From Octopus vulgaris (Eukaryota), in the NCBI GenBank assembly GCA_951406725.2, contig OX597817.1, positions 149,172,001-149,236,000 on the forward strand: 64,000 bases of DNA. Direction: 5' to 3'. The translations under genes and the position numbers were made by a program. Position 1 is the stretch's first letter. Each line of letters opens with the position of its first letter. Below are positions 27,528-40,366 of this stretch, piece by piece. Below the pieces are notes generated by a model that had not been told where the DNA came from, made no database searches, and saw only the letters and a list, made by a program, of their open reading frames with translations.

Positions 27528-27805
27528 AGGGACTTATTCTTTGTAATCCTAGCACTTATTCTATCAGTAACTTCTGCTGAACTGCTAAGTTACGGGGACG
27601 TAACTTCCCATCATCGATTGTCAAGCGAGTGGGGCTGGACAAACACAGACACAAAAACATACACATAAGTATATACTTACATATATGCCTCGGGCTTCTT
27701 TCAATTTCAGACTGCCATATCTGCTCACAAATATTTGGCCGGCCCGCAGCTATAGTAGACGACACTCGCCCAAGATGTCGCGCAGTTGGACTGAACCCTT
27801 GGTCA
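27528..27805 (-). mobile_element. SINE family B, diverged and partial
   Basis: Match to the central part of SINE B. Confidence 0.8.
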
Positions 27806-28342
27806 CACACACTCTGCTTCTATCTCACTTATTTATCATTCCTTAATTGGTTAGCTATACAACCAAGTAATTAACCGAATCTTTCATTAAACTTTTAGTT
27901 AACCAATTAATCACTTATATTTTGTCGCAATAACATGCTTTCTATAATCAAGGGCCGAAACATACGAAGACCTAGAAAATTTCTCATTAAAAGCATTCAG
28001 GATGAATTCTCTATAAAGACAACGATACGTGAAAATTTAGTATTATACTGACAGGACAATTTAAGAACAGATAACATTTTTATATTTTCTTAATTTGCAA
28101 GAGCACGATATGAAGAAATTTTGAAATAAAGTTATGCTTGCTGAAATTTCCGGAGGATTTGACAGCCATATTCATGAAAAATTGCAAAGAAGACACCGAA
28201 TGAGAAGAGGGCAAAATCCATGGAAATTTAAGAGAAACAAAAATAATGGTTTAATAATTACGAGAAAAATCTATGCAGAAAAGTCCAAAATGGAACCGTA
28301 TCCAAACGCAAGACTCTGATAAATATATGAATTACATGAAAA

Positions 28343-29182
28343 TCTATATATATAAAACTCAACATGTGTGTCTGTGTGTGTATCTGTGTGTATGCCTGTG
28401 TGTTTAACTTCCAGGCACATCTCCTCCTAGCCAACAAATCGTAGAACCACCAAAAATGGGTCCCTTAAAGTTTAGGCGAATGAAAATTGAACTGCGCTAT
28501 TTCTGTTCTGAAATTCATCTCGCAAGTGGAAAAATCGATAATGTGTTTGTTTAGGCCTTATCCCAGCATTGAATAGTGAACTTTACTCAGTCAGCTGTTT
28601 GACGTGAACTGTGTTCACCACGCGTGCAAGCATACGTATTTTGCATGAAAAATAAAAAAATCAAGATACAAGATAAAAAAACGAATCGCCGTAAACATTG
28701 TAGAAATTCGGCAAAGAAATGAATTTTCGGGATGTAGCCTGGAGGGTTTTTCGTATTAATCGTTTGGACTTTGTGAACATATACCAATTGTTTGCTTAAC
28801 ATTTTTAACGCTTTGAATTAAATGTGACCATTTTGCGTTGAGTCTGCAGTTTGAATCACTTTAATCAAATTTTAGCAGGCCGGATTTTTCATCATCACGA
28901 TACATCGCCAGCGACTCCCTGAAACTCTCCCCTGAAATCCCTGTTGAGAAATACTGATCTAAAAGAATAATTCAACAATGCAATTATTTGATCAACAAAA
29001 ATTTATGAGACGCTTCTACGTACTTCCTATTGAGGAAATGGAACACAAGCGCAAAAATAGAGGGCATTAAATGCTTGATTTTAAAACCAAAATAATTGAA
29101 TTTTGATTGAACTTCATCCAAGTTTAGCTTAATTCGCGCGTGCATAGAACGCACGAGCGGACGAGTCGGGCAATACTGCTAG
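28343..29182 (+). mobile_element. Non-autonomous Helitron-like element
   Basis: A|TCTATATATATAAAA 5' end followed by a (TGTC)-type microsatellite; GC-rich subterminal CGTGC..GCACG; 3' end ATACTGCTAG|T; inserted between A and T without TSD. Confidence 0.8.
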
Positions 29183-29610
29183 TAGATTATAAATTAATCT
29201 TGCAAAGACGTAGTTCTTCGAAAGAACCTGAAACATATGCAGATACAGAATTGACCTGAAAAACATTTCAAATCCAAATTGGAAATCCGTACATGACCAT
29301 TAAAGAAGCTCGCGAGATGTAGAAAGTAAACAATAGGAAATAGTACTGTGAACCGTGGATAAATATTCGGGAATGAAAATGTGAGGAAAAAACAGTCAAA
29401 ATATGAATTACAAACAGAGGACATAGAAGATTCAGAAACACACAGTTTACAACCAACTGTGCTGAATATGTTTTCGATGAACTAACTTGAATGGAAGGGG
29501 ACAGACAAGTGTTGGACACTACACTAGACATTATATAAATTGAGGAGCTTAGAACATTTACTTAACTTAAAACGAAACAAGAGTCCTTGATACAGAAAAG
29601 AACAAAATAT

Positions 29611-30012
29611 GCTTTTCTACTCTAGGCACGAGGCCCGAAATTTTGGGGGAGGGAGCCAGTCGATTAGATCAACTCCAGTACGTACACAACTGGTACTTAA
29701 TTTATTGACCTCGAAAGGATGAAAGGCAAAGTTGTCCTCGGCTAAATTTGAACTCAGAACGTTAAGAGATACGAAATACCTATTTCTTTACTACCCACAA
29801 GGGGGTAAACACAGAGAGGGCAAATAAGGACTGACAAACGGATTAAGTCGATTACATCGACCTCAGTGCGTAACTGCTCCTTATTTAATCGACCCCGAAA
29901 GGATGAAAGGCAAAGTCGACCTCGGCGGAATTTGAACTCAGAACGTAACGGCATACAAAATACGGCTTTGCATCTCGCTTGGCGTGCTAACGTTTCTGCC
30001 AGCTCGCCACCT
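29611..30012 (-). mobile_element. SINE family A dimer with TSD
   Basis: AGAACAAAATAT-like repeat on both sides; junction GAAATACC|TATTTCTTT. Confidence 0.92.
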
Positions 30013-30429
30013 TAAGAGAACAAAATATAGCAAATACTTTTTTTTGTGTAGGAAATGTATTAAAACCTGGTCGCAAACCCGGCCAAACAAAAGCAATATA
30101 TAAATCCAATAAGAACTCCAATGCTATAAATTTATAAAACAGAAGCCTTAACGGAAATGAAATTGATATTCTATTGAAGCATTTCATATATTCCTCTGCA
30201 CCTAGATCAAACCTTATCAGACCTGTGATCAATTTGCATCTCATTCTTCCGGTGTCAATAAAATAAAATACCAGTCAAGTACAGCAATGACCCCTACCAG
30301 TGCATGGCTCCATTCAATATCGCTGGCTTAAATTAAAAATTACGATTATTGTTCTGCTTATCGTACAACATATGTTGAGATGTTGTAATTCGGGTGTCAT
30401 TTGTCTATAATCAAAGGATTAAGGTGTCA

Positions 30430-30660
30430 TCTTCAATTGTCAAGTATTTTTACAAGTATTCTAGCATTTCCAATGAGTGTTGTCTTCTGTAAGTGCCCCC
30501 ACGCTGATGTTGACCCTGAATGTTTTTAAAATAGTCTCTAATCCTAGTGCTCACAATACCAAGCACCCCAACAATCACGGGGACTACCACAACCTTTCCT
30601 TTTGTCCAAAAAGGTTTTATCTCTCACGGAAGTTGTTCATATCCCTCAATGTTTTGGGGT
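30430..30660 (-). mobile_element. R4/Dong C-terminal fragment, degraded
   Basis: Manual translation KVVVVPVIVG(frameshift)LGIV resembles the PIIVGALG motif. Confidence 0.55.
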
Positions 30661-31479
30661 TTTTTTTTTTTAATTCTTGTCACAAATTTTATTAGCTGGA
30701 CGAAGCTGAAGAAGAAGAGATTTGCCAAAGGTACTACGCAGTTGAACTGAGTCCTGAACCGTCTGGATGGGAAGCAAACTTTTTACCACACAAGCACATC
30801 TACATTTATCTGCATTTTTCATCAAGAATTTTAACAAAGCAATCAATATTTTTTCCTTCATTCTTCAAGGCTTCTTGTCAATAAACAGTGAAGGAGAATA
30901 CATTATTGACTCATCTGTGAAAATTTGTTGCAGAAGGAAAATTAAAATAAGTGAGGGAAAAAGAATAAAAACGAACGAATTTATCAGACAAACCAATACC
31001 CGCTGGATATGAAGTTTCAATGCGATGACGTAATATACACTTACTAACTTTGTCCATCTGGTCATTTAAGGGTTTCTGTTCACCACTTCTTCATGCCTGT
31101 GACACACACAGTTTCCATAGAGTCCTATTGCCAGTGACTGATTCTAAGTACCCTGTGTTGATGTTGATCGCTTTCAAGCCATGCTTACGCCATTAACCGA
31201 TCAATTTTACCAAGTTTCGAAGCTCAACGGATCGTTATTTTGAAAAGTTACGCAATTAAATGCAATTACACAATCATGTAATTATCCGCTTTGCAATTAA
31301 GCGGAATCGATTGCAGAGATATTGTACATTGTCATATCAGATGTAAAAACTTAGGCATGTCACGTTGTGCTTGTCGATCCGAGTGTATATCTGCGTGTGC
31401 ATGGTGCGTTAAAGCGAATCATAGCATATATGCATAAGAAATGTATATAATCTATATAATTTGTATGCTTGTGTGCGCG

Positions 31480-31557
31480 TAACTCTTGATATATCTAAGT
31501 ATGTTTGTATCTCAGTATATGTATAGGATTATACATATATTTGTGCGTGTTTATGAG

Positions 31558-31602
<45 letters not shown>

Positions 31603-32649
31603 ATGTGACAGATATGTATATACATATATGTATTTATATACGCACATATATATCTGTATATATATATAAATATATATATGTAATTATATATATACGTAAA
31701 AGTACATATAAATATATATATATATATATATATACATGTTACATATATGTATATACATATCTGTATATCTGTATATACACACATATATATATCTGTACAT
31801 ATATAAATATATATATGTAATTATATATATATACAAATAAATATATACATATATGTAAATATATATAAATTCATATATGTATATCTGCATATATATATAT
31901 ATGAAAGTATATACATGGATGTATATATACATATCTATATATGTATGTATATATATATATATATAAAAATACCCCCTTTATACGTATCCTTTATCAGTCT
32001 CTTCTATTTTCTTACTCTCCCTCTCTCTCTATCTTATCCTTCCTCATTCTGTCTTCTCTCTCTCTCTCCATCACATTCTCCCTATCACATTGTTCTCACT
32101 TTTCCATATATCACATCACATTTCCATCTGGAGTTGCGTGTAATCCAACATTTTTGCATCTGTGACTCAGATGGCTGAACTAAAGCCAGATACAGTATTA
32201 AACAAGGATTCGCGAACGAGAAAGGGTGGAGGCGCCAGCAGTGAACGTCGGAGAATCACGGAATGATGTAAATGAGGATGTATGTAGAGGTATAAAGTCG
32301 GGTTTAGTGTCGATAAAGAGGCCAGTTTGCTATAATCATCCGCTGGGAAAACTTATCGAGAAACAACATGAAATACAACGAGAATACCAAAGATCGATCC
32401 GTTGTGTGCGTTCATCGATATGTGTATTTAATGCATTTATTTATGCGCATCTGTATGCTTCTATATACGTAGATATACACACCTATATATGCATATATGC
32501 TATATGTATGCATGTATATAGGCATATACAGAGAAGTGTGTATATATATATATATATATATATACATACATATATATATGTATGTATATATATATATATA
32601 CATACATATATGTATGCATATATATATATATATATAAATATATATGTGC

Positions 32650-32693
<44 letters not shown>

Positions 32694-33222
32694 CTGCATA
32701 TATCTGCATATATACATGTGTGTGTGTTTGTATGTGTGAGTGCATCTATTTATATGTACGTACGTACATACGTGCGTATGGATGTATGTATGCGTGTGTG
32801 TGTATGTATGTATATGGTTATAACATATGTACATATAAATGTGTATACATAACACACATACACATTTAATTAGCACATATATTCACATACACGTATCTGT
32901 GTAATGTGTGCGCTTCCTTCTGTGTATGTTTGGATATGTACACATATACATGTATGTGGATACGTTTGCGAATATATTATACATAAACGATATGCTTGTA
33001 CATTTGTGTAATCATACGTACATATATACGTATGTGTATGTATACATGCATGTATGTATATATGTTATATATATTCATACTGATATCCATATTTGTATGT
33101 TCATCTATATAAATTCATTCTATATATATTTTCACACAAGTTTAACTAGATACCATCGTTAACATACACACATCTTCACATATATTGCACACACACACAC
33201 ACACACACACCTACATATTCAT

Positions 33223-33306
<84 letters not shown>
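31480..33306. repeat. TA/TG/CA microsatellite-rich blocks around a unique island (~32130-32410)
   Basis: Direct inspection. Confidence 0.85.
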
Positions 33307-33307
<1 letters not shown>

Positions 33308-34134
33308 CATGTATCCATAGCGTATCAGCCAAAAGTAACGGATATCTCTTCTCATTTTTCAAGCAGAATATAATGTTGTTATAAATAATGACTATATGAC
33401 TATTCGGACCGTCTCTATCTTTCTGCTACCATTGTTGTTAAGATTACTGTTATCATTATCATTATTATTATTATTACTATTATTATTATTATTATATCAT
33501 TATTATTATCATCATCATCATCATCATCATCACCATCACTAGTAATAGTAGTAGAAGTAGTGGTGGCGGTGGTGGTACTGATACTGTTTTTGCTAACAGT
33601 ATTATTCCCACAATCATCAGCATCATCATCATCGTCATCACCTCTATTATTATCATTATCGTTTGTTCACTTTTCGTGGGCATTTTTTGGAGCTTTTTTT
33701 TTTGCATAATTATTCCGTTATCTCAATGGCATTTCACCAGAAATCCCTAGAAACCGATCGTAAGTGATATTGATAGTGAAATCGAACTAATTTTTTTCGA
33801 CGAGATTTACTACTACCAGGTCAGAATGGAGCAGATAATATGCTTAGTATTTAACTTCGTAAACTAACCTACATGCTTTATCATCGTCATCACCAGCTTC
33901 TCCATCATCATCATCATCATCATCGTCGTCATCGTCATCGTTGTTGTGATATTAATATTATTATTATTATTGACAAAACTGAATGGATCTACTCTGATCG
34001 TACGTACGAGGAAAGAAACAGGAAGATGGCGGTTTCCATGCCTTAGTGGTTGGTGGCATTGTAATCCGGGATTTTGGCGTGGGATATATCCCGAATTACA
34101 CGTTAGTACACTACCCCGGTATTAGGGATTCTCT

Positions 34135-34495
34135 TGTACTCTTTTACTCTTTTACTTTTTTTTTTAGTCATTTGACTGCGGCCATGCTGGAGTACCGTCT
34201 TTGTAAGACTAGTACTTATTTATCGGTCTCTTTGGCCGAACCACTAAGTTACGGAGACGTAAACACATTAGCATCGGTTGTGAAGCAATGTTGGGAGACA
34301 AACACAGACCCACAAACATTTACGCACACATACATATACATATATACGACGGGCTTCTTTCAGTTTCCTTCTACCAAATCCACTCACAGGGTTTTGGTCT
34401 GCCTGAAGAACTTGCCCAAGGTGCCACGCAGTGGGAGTGAACCTAGTACCATGTGGTTGATAAGCAAGCTACTTACCACACAGCCACACCTGCGC
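34135..34495 (-). mobile_element. SINE family B with internal deletions
   Basis: Reverse-complement match to SINE B. Confidence 0.88.
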
Positions 34496-34774
34496 GTATT
34501 AATTAATTATGTATTTTTCTAACTTCTAATTATGTATCTTTTGTTACGTCCTTGTGTTGTAGTGTCTTTCATCGATGCGAACCCCGTCTGTTCTGTGTGT
34601 TGTAGCATGTCATTTGATATTGTCTTCCATGTCTTGGGCCCTTGTGGCCAATAAAAAAACATTATCAGCATTATCTTTATTGTTATATTTTTCTTCTTTC
34701 AATTTTCTTGCCATTTCTTGCCGAGCATCTTCCCAACACCTAGGGCAAAGAAAACCATTGTATAGAAAAGAAAA

Positions 34775-34940
34775 CCATTAAAATAAATACACCAGATTGT
34801 TAAATTACAAAGTCGAGTTATGTGATAGAAAAAGGGAGTAAAAATGAAAGAATAAAGGAAAAAAGAAAATATAGAAAATAGAAAGAAACAAAAAAGAAAA
34901 AGGAAAAACGGGGGAATAGAGGAAAGAAAATTCACATCTC
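34775..34940 (-). mobile_element. Solo 3' UTR of the R4/Dong family seen at 7340-7470
   Basis: CCATTAAAATAAA.ACACCAGATTGTT...TACAAAGTC..ATGTGATAGA...AAGAAAATTCACA shared with 7340-7471. Confidence 0.75.
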
Positions 34941-34993
<53 letters not shown>

Positions 34994-34994
34994 T

Positions 34995-35664
34995 TGATTG
35001 AGTGAGAGGGCAGCGCATGCCATCAAAGTGACACTAGGGGTACAAATATACGAAGCCCAATATACCCATCATGGCTACCCGTCTGAGGCACATGCATCAC
35101 AACCACATGTACAGAACATGGTGATGCCACACCAAGATAAACAGCACATGGCCTTGCATATGGGGGCCAGTTAGAATTTTCTTCAGGTCGAGTGGCCCAT
35201 CCAGCTCAAACAGTCCTTGAATAAGGATTATTCAAGCTTGTTGAGCGAGACACCCATATTTCCAGAGGTAAATTATTCCAAACCCCAAAGAATTCCACGT
35301 GGCTATGATGCTCCCTCACGAATTCCGCTCGTGATCAGAGATGCACGTATCGTCCATCACTTAGGGACGTGCTCAACTGGTTAAGGTGAACCAACTGACA
35401 AACAAATCGTTGTAGTGAGCAGAATACTTTTATACCAAGACAAAATAATGGACATGATAACACTTCCAATCACTTATGATCAGAAGCCATGAGAGCCACT
35501 GCCTGGTACTGCATTAAGGCATAGCCATGAGAGCCTTTGCCTGGTACTGCATCAGGGCATAGCCATGAGAGCCATTGCCTGGTACTGCATTAGGGCATAT
35601 CCATGAGGGCCACTGCCTGGTACTCTATTAGGGAAGAGCCATAGCCTTGTACTGTATCAGGGCA

Positions 35665-35665
<1 letters not shown>
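34995..35665 (-). mobile_element. Non-coding element flanked by (ATT)n, with a 38-bp tandem repeat at one end
   Basis: (ATT)n on both sides; a truncated copy of the same end lies at 36941-37045, also within ATT repeats; 38-bp units start at 35485, 35523, 35561 and 35599. Confidence 0.75.
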
Positions 35666-35738
<73 letters not shown>

Positions 35739-35742
<4 letters not shown>

Positions 35743-36574
35743 TAGTTTTATTTTTATAGCATGCTTTCACTTCACTACCGAGCGCAGCTCTGTGTGCCTT
35801 GGGTATGTGCTGTGATTTGTTGTGATGCTCTGATGGTTATTGTATGGAAAGTGTTCTGCGTAGGATGTGTACAGTGCCTAGTAGTGCAATTTTCTGTATG
35901 TTATATGTGTTTGTAAGTCCTGGTGTTTTTGTTATGTATTTGTCTGAATATTTTTTTATCATGCCTAATGCACCTACTATGATAGGAATTGTTTCTGTTT
36001 TCAGATTCCACATTCTAGTTACCTCTATTTCCAGGTCTTTGTATTTTGAGAGTTTCTCCATTTCTTTTAGAGACACGTTGTCATCAGCCGGTATTGATAC
36101 ATCAATTAGAAAGCATTTTTTTCTTCATGATCTCTGACAACTATATCTGGTCTGTTGGCCTTAATTTCTCTATCTGTGTGTATCGGCATATCCCAGAGTA
36201 TGGTTGCTTTCTCGTTTTCTGTGACCTTTTCTGGTGTGTGCCTATACCATCTTTTTTCTGTTGTTATTCCATAATGTTGGCATAGCTTCCAATGTATGTA
36301 GGTTCCAACTCTGTCATGTCTGTGAATATATTCCTTCTTAGCCAGGACTGGGCAGCTAGAGATAATATAATTTATTGTTTCTTGTCCATCTCCACATATT
36401 CTGCAGTTACTTGTAATATTTCTTTTCATTACATGTTTTTGGTAATTTCTGGTGGGGAGGCTTTGGTCTTGTGCTGCAATTAAAAATCCCTCTGTTTCTG
36501 CTTTGAGTCCTGAGCTTCTCAACCATTGCTGGGATTTTTCTTTGTCTATTTCTTTTGCGTTTAGTTTAGTCCAG

Positions 36575-36575
<1 letters not shown>
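35739..36575 (-). mobile_element. 5'-truncated R4/Dong element inserted in (TAA)n
   Basis: GLKAETEGFLIAAQDQ, CRICG, HDRVGTYIHWKLC, ILWD..IHTD.EIKANRPDIVV, KYKDL, PIIVGALG, QKIALLGT; one frameshift; (ATT)n on both sides. Confidence 0.95.
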
Positions 36576-36618
<43 letters not shown>

Positions 36619-36726
36619 GATTATTATTATTATTATTGCACAAGAAAATCGGTTTTTTTTAAATGTATTTGCTTTAGTTTTTACCTTCTAACGCGAAAGC
36701 AAAACTATGTGATTACTTTTTCTTTG

Positions 36727-36928
36727 GGGCAACGGGCTGGCAAAATCGTTTGCATACCAGAGATAACGCTTAGCAGCATTTCGCCCGATATTACGTTCTG
36801 AGTTCAAATTCCACCGAGGTCGACTTTGCCCATCACTCTCTCGGGGTCAATGAAATAAATACCAGCTGAGCACTGGAGTCTATGTAATCGACTTATCCAC
36901 TCGGCTGAACCTACTGGTTTTGTGCCAA
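36727..36928 (+). mobile_element. SINE family A, diverged
   Basis: B-box and central domain. Confidence 0.8.
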
Positions 36929-37050
36929 TTATTATTATTATTGAGTGAGAGAGCAGTGCATGCCATCAAAGTGACACTGGGGTAAAATATGAAGCCCAAT
37001 ATACCCATCATGACTACCCGTCTGATAAAGGTACACCAGGCACATTATTA

Positions 37051-37111
<61 letters not shown>

Positions 37112-37304
37112 TTATTATTATTGAAAACTTCGTCTCTGAATACGTTTCTGGCGCATTGCTGACAATTAAATCTCTTAATATCTTTTTTAAGTACTTCCTA
37201 ATCTTACCATGAAGTCTGATAGGATAAAAATTGTACTATCTTTTGTAGTTCGTCTGTTTGTTTAGTTAGAACATGGAAAAACGATCTCAATAAATCTCAC
37301 CGCC

Positions 37305-37398
37305 CTTCTCTCTCTCTCCCTCCCTTGCTCTCCCTTCTTGTAATCATTCTCTTTTTCTCTCTGTCACTTCTCTCTCGCACTTATTCTCTCTCTCTCTT

Positions 37399-37455
<57 letters not shown>

Positions 37456-37485
37456 TTTTCTCTCTCTCTCTGTCTCTCTCTCTCC
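37305..37485. repeat. (CT)n microsatellite
   Basis: Direct inspection. Confidence 0.95.
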
Positions 37486-37986
37486 ATATTTTCACTCTTA
37501 AATAGCCATACTGAGATATTGAAACCAGCGCTAAGGCCCATTACGTTCAGAAAAGATAAGGATTTTATAAGAATTACGATACATAATTATAAATAATAAA
37601 TGAGCTCTATGTAAGAATATACGTTTATATGATTTACGTATTAATCAATTCCGATATTCTGTGTTCTGTTGCGCAATTTTTATCGCATATCCGACTAAGG
37701 AGCTGGATTCATTGGATGAAGAGCAATTTCGATTTGCTGTTGTTGATTATGTAGAATGTCGCCAGCATAGTGTTACTTCCTAATAAAGTAACTAAGTAAA
37801 TGAGGGAGCCTTTGTATACCTACTCAACCTGCTAGAAATAATGCCAAACAGCTACTTAAACTAATACTTATAATATTAAAAGTCGAAGACATGTCAAAAC
37901 TTTTAGTTCTAAAAGGCGCAGACATGGCTCAGCGCAAGCATGGTTAGGCGCAGGCATGGATAGTCCGCGTAGAATTATATCATTAA

Positions 37987-38385
37987 CTAGCAGTATCACC
38001 CGGCGTTGCTCGGGTTTGTTTTCTTTTCGACCCTTTAGAATTGGAATTTTTGAAAAGTAAAAATTATGGATTATGTAGCTTGTTATTCCCTTTAAGTGAA
38101 CATTTTTCTGGTTGAAATACACCGAAAAATGGCAACACAGCAGTCAAAAATCGTAAAAACAATAGGGATTTTCATAGAAAAAAAGCACCTTTTTGATGTA
38201 AATAATTTTCGGTGTTAACATGGTCCGACTTGAATTTTTTTTCTTCTACAGAAGGAAGAGCAAGCCTTCTTCTATCATACTCTCAATTTTGGTCAACTTG
38301 CGCCTCTGGGTCTCGGAGGAGATGGTATTAGTTTAAGGCTACCAAACCTACCATACACAGACAACTTCAGCTTTATATATAGAGA
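37987..38385 (-). mobile_element. Non-autonomous Helitron-like element
   Basis: Minus strand starts TCTCTATATATAAAG and ends with hairpin CCCGAGCAACGCCGGG then GATACTGCTAG|T. Confidence 0.82.
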
Positions 38386-38730
38386 AATATCAAACAAGCG
38401 TTTCACGCATTTTACAATATGTCGCCGTACGCGATCCTCTCACATTATATAATTCAGTTATGATTAACCGTATTTTATTGCAAAATGTTTATTAGATGGT
38501 ATAAGACTACAAAAGAATATATTAGATTTTACAAGACTTTAAAAGATTTTATAAGAGGTATTGAAAATGTTGAAAACTTAGCGGTGTATTACAAAAAATG
38601 TGCCACATCTTTCGTAATATACCGGTAAGTTTCAGAGTATATTTTCATATCTTAAGGCATTCTCCAAATATCAGCTTTTTTCTTCACAAAATCCCTCCAA
38701 AGCATAATGAACAAGCATTAAATTCATTAA

Positions 38731-38949
38731 CCCATTAAATCCCACTGTCCTATAAATAGGACACTAAATGAGAATATTAAATAAGCTATATGACATTGTC
38801 TCAGTGTCCTATTCATAGGACATCTAGTATTTCCACTTCTACTAGAAGTAAAGAAGTTTCAATAATTATTTTTTTCTTTTTAACCTATTTTCAATCATCT
38901 GCAAAAATTTTAAATATTCAGAAATTTAAGTACTCTGGGACTTAATGGG
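38731..38949. mobile_element. piggyBac-type MITE (219 bp)
   Basis: TTAA|CCCATTAAATCCCA...TGGGACTTAATGGG|TTAA (13/14 TIR match); two internal TGTCCTAT..ATAGGACA palindromes. Confidence 0.88.
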
Positions 38950-39175
38950 TTAAATTGAATTTTATTAACGACGAACAAAAGAAGCATTAGATATGTATTT
39001 CTGAATGCATGTTTCGGTAATTACAATAACTTTCGCCCAGTCCTTCCACAAATTTTTAAGATCCCTGCAAAATTGCAGATGTTTATGGGTGCCTTTTCAT
39101 CGGCAGCTTTGCATTTTCGATAAATGTGTCGGGACTAGTTGAGTGTTTTCTACAATAGCGGTCTTTATTTCTTAT

Positions 39176-39765
39176 TATTTATTTCTTCATTGCCCACAGG
39201 GGCTAAACACAGAGGGGAAAAACAAGGACAGATAAAGGAATCAAGTCGATTACATCAACCCCAGTGTGTAACTGGTACTTAATTTATCGACCTCGAAAGG
39301 ATGAAAGGCAAAGTCTACCTCGGCGGAATTTGAACTCAACGTAAAGGACAAAATACAACATTCTTTTCTACTCTCAGCACACGGCTCGAAATTTTGGGGG
39401 TGGGCGCCAGTCGGTTGGATCTACCTGAGTACGCAACTGGTACTTAATTTTTCGACCCCGAAAGGATGAAAGACACCGTAGACCTCGGTGGAAATTCAAC
39501 TGGGAACGTAAAGTCAGACAAAATATCGGGGTCGATAAATTAGGTACCGGTTGCATACTGTGGTAGATCTAATCGACTGGTGCCCAACCCAAAAATTTCG
39601 AGCCGTGTGCCTAGAATAGAAAGCAATGTTGTATTTTGTCCTTTACGTTGAGTTCAAATTCCGCCGAGGTCGACTTTGTCTTTCATCCTTTCGGGGCCGA
39701 TAAATTAAGTACTAGCTCCCTCCCCCCGAATTTCGGGCCGTATATCTAGAGTAGAAAAGAATATT
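39176..39765. mobile_element. SINE family A cluster with an inverted duplication
   Basis: Minus-strand copies at 39176-39520, then plus-strand copies at 39526-39765 that mirror the same inter-copy junction. Confidence 0.85.
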
Positions 39766-40069
39766 GTATTTTGTTATGGTTGGCAACTGTAACTCTGGGG
39801 TGTACTTCAAATAAAATTAATCATAAGACCACCGCGGAGAATTGTTGCACGAAGTCTACAAAATTCACCAAAAGATATTTATCCATTGTCTAATGCTGAT
39901 ATAACTGTGTCGTTTCAGGTTCGATCCTTCTGCGTGGTACCTTTGGCAAATGGTTTCTACGATAGTGCCGAGTCGATCAATGCCTTATCAATAAATTTGG
40001 GACAGAAAGATTGAGCAGAAACCCATATGCGTATGTGTATGTATGTATGTGGTGGGGTGTATATATCTA

Positions 40070-40164
40070 CGTATGTATGAATGTCATTGCTCAGTGTGTG
40101 TATATGTGTATGTATGAATGTCATTGCTCAGTGTGTGTATATGTGTATGTATGAATGTCATTGC
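40070..40164. repeat. Short tandem repeat (~36-bp unit, ~2.6 copies) after a degenerate SINE B head
   Basis: GTATGTATGAATGTCATTGC occurs three times. Confidence 0.8.
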
Positions 40165-40366
40165 CAATAGAGAAAGCCGGTTTCTAATCTAGATCGAAGA
40201 CTCTTTCATTGGCATGGATATATGTTTATATGTAAGTGTGTATGTAATATTCTCCTAAAAATATTAGAAAGGTAATCATAACATTATCTGTTTTGTTTTA
40301 TTATTATTAAAAGGCTATCATCATTTTTACACGATGTAATAGTTTCAGACAATCTCATGATCTCAC

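Noticed and set aside
32226-32852. 208-aa ORF
   Set aside because: Non-ATG start; about two thirds is microsatellite; the unique part has no recognisable domain.
35485-35665. CRISPR-like array
   Set aside because: Head-to-tail 38-bp tandem units without unique spacers; eukaryotic context and no cas genes.
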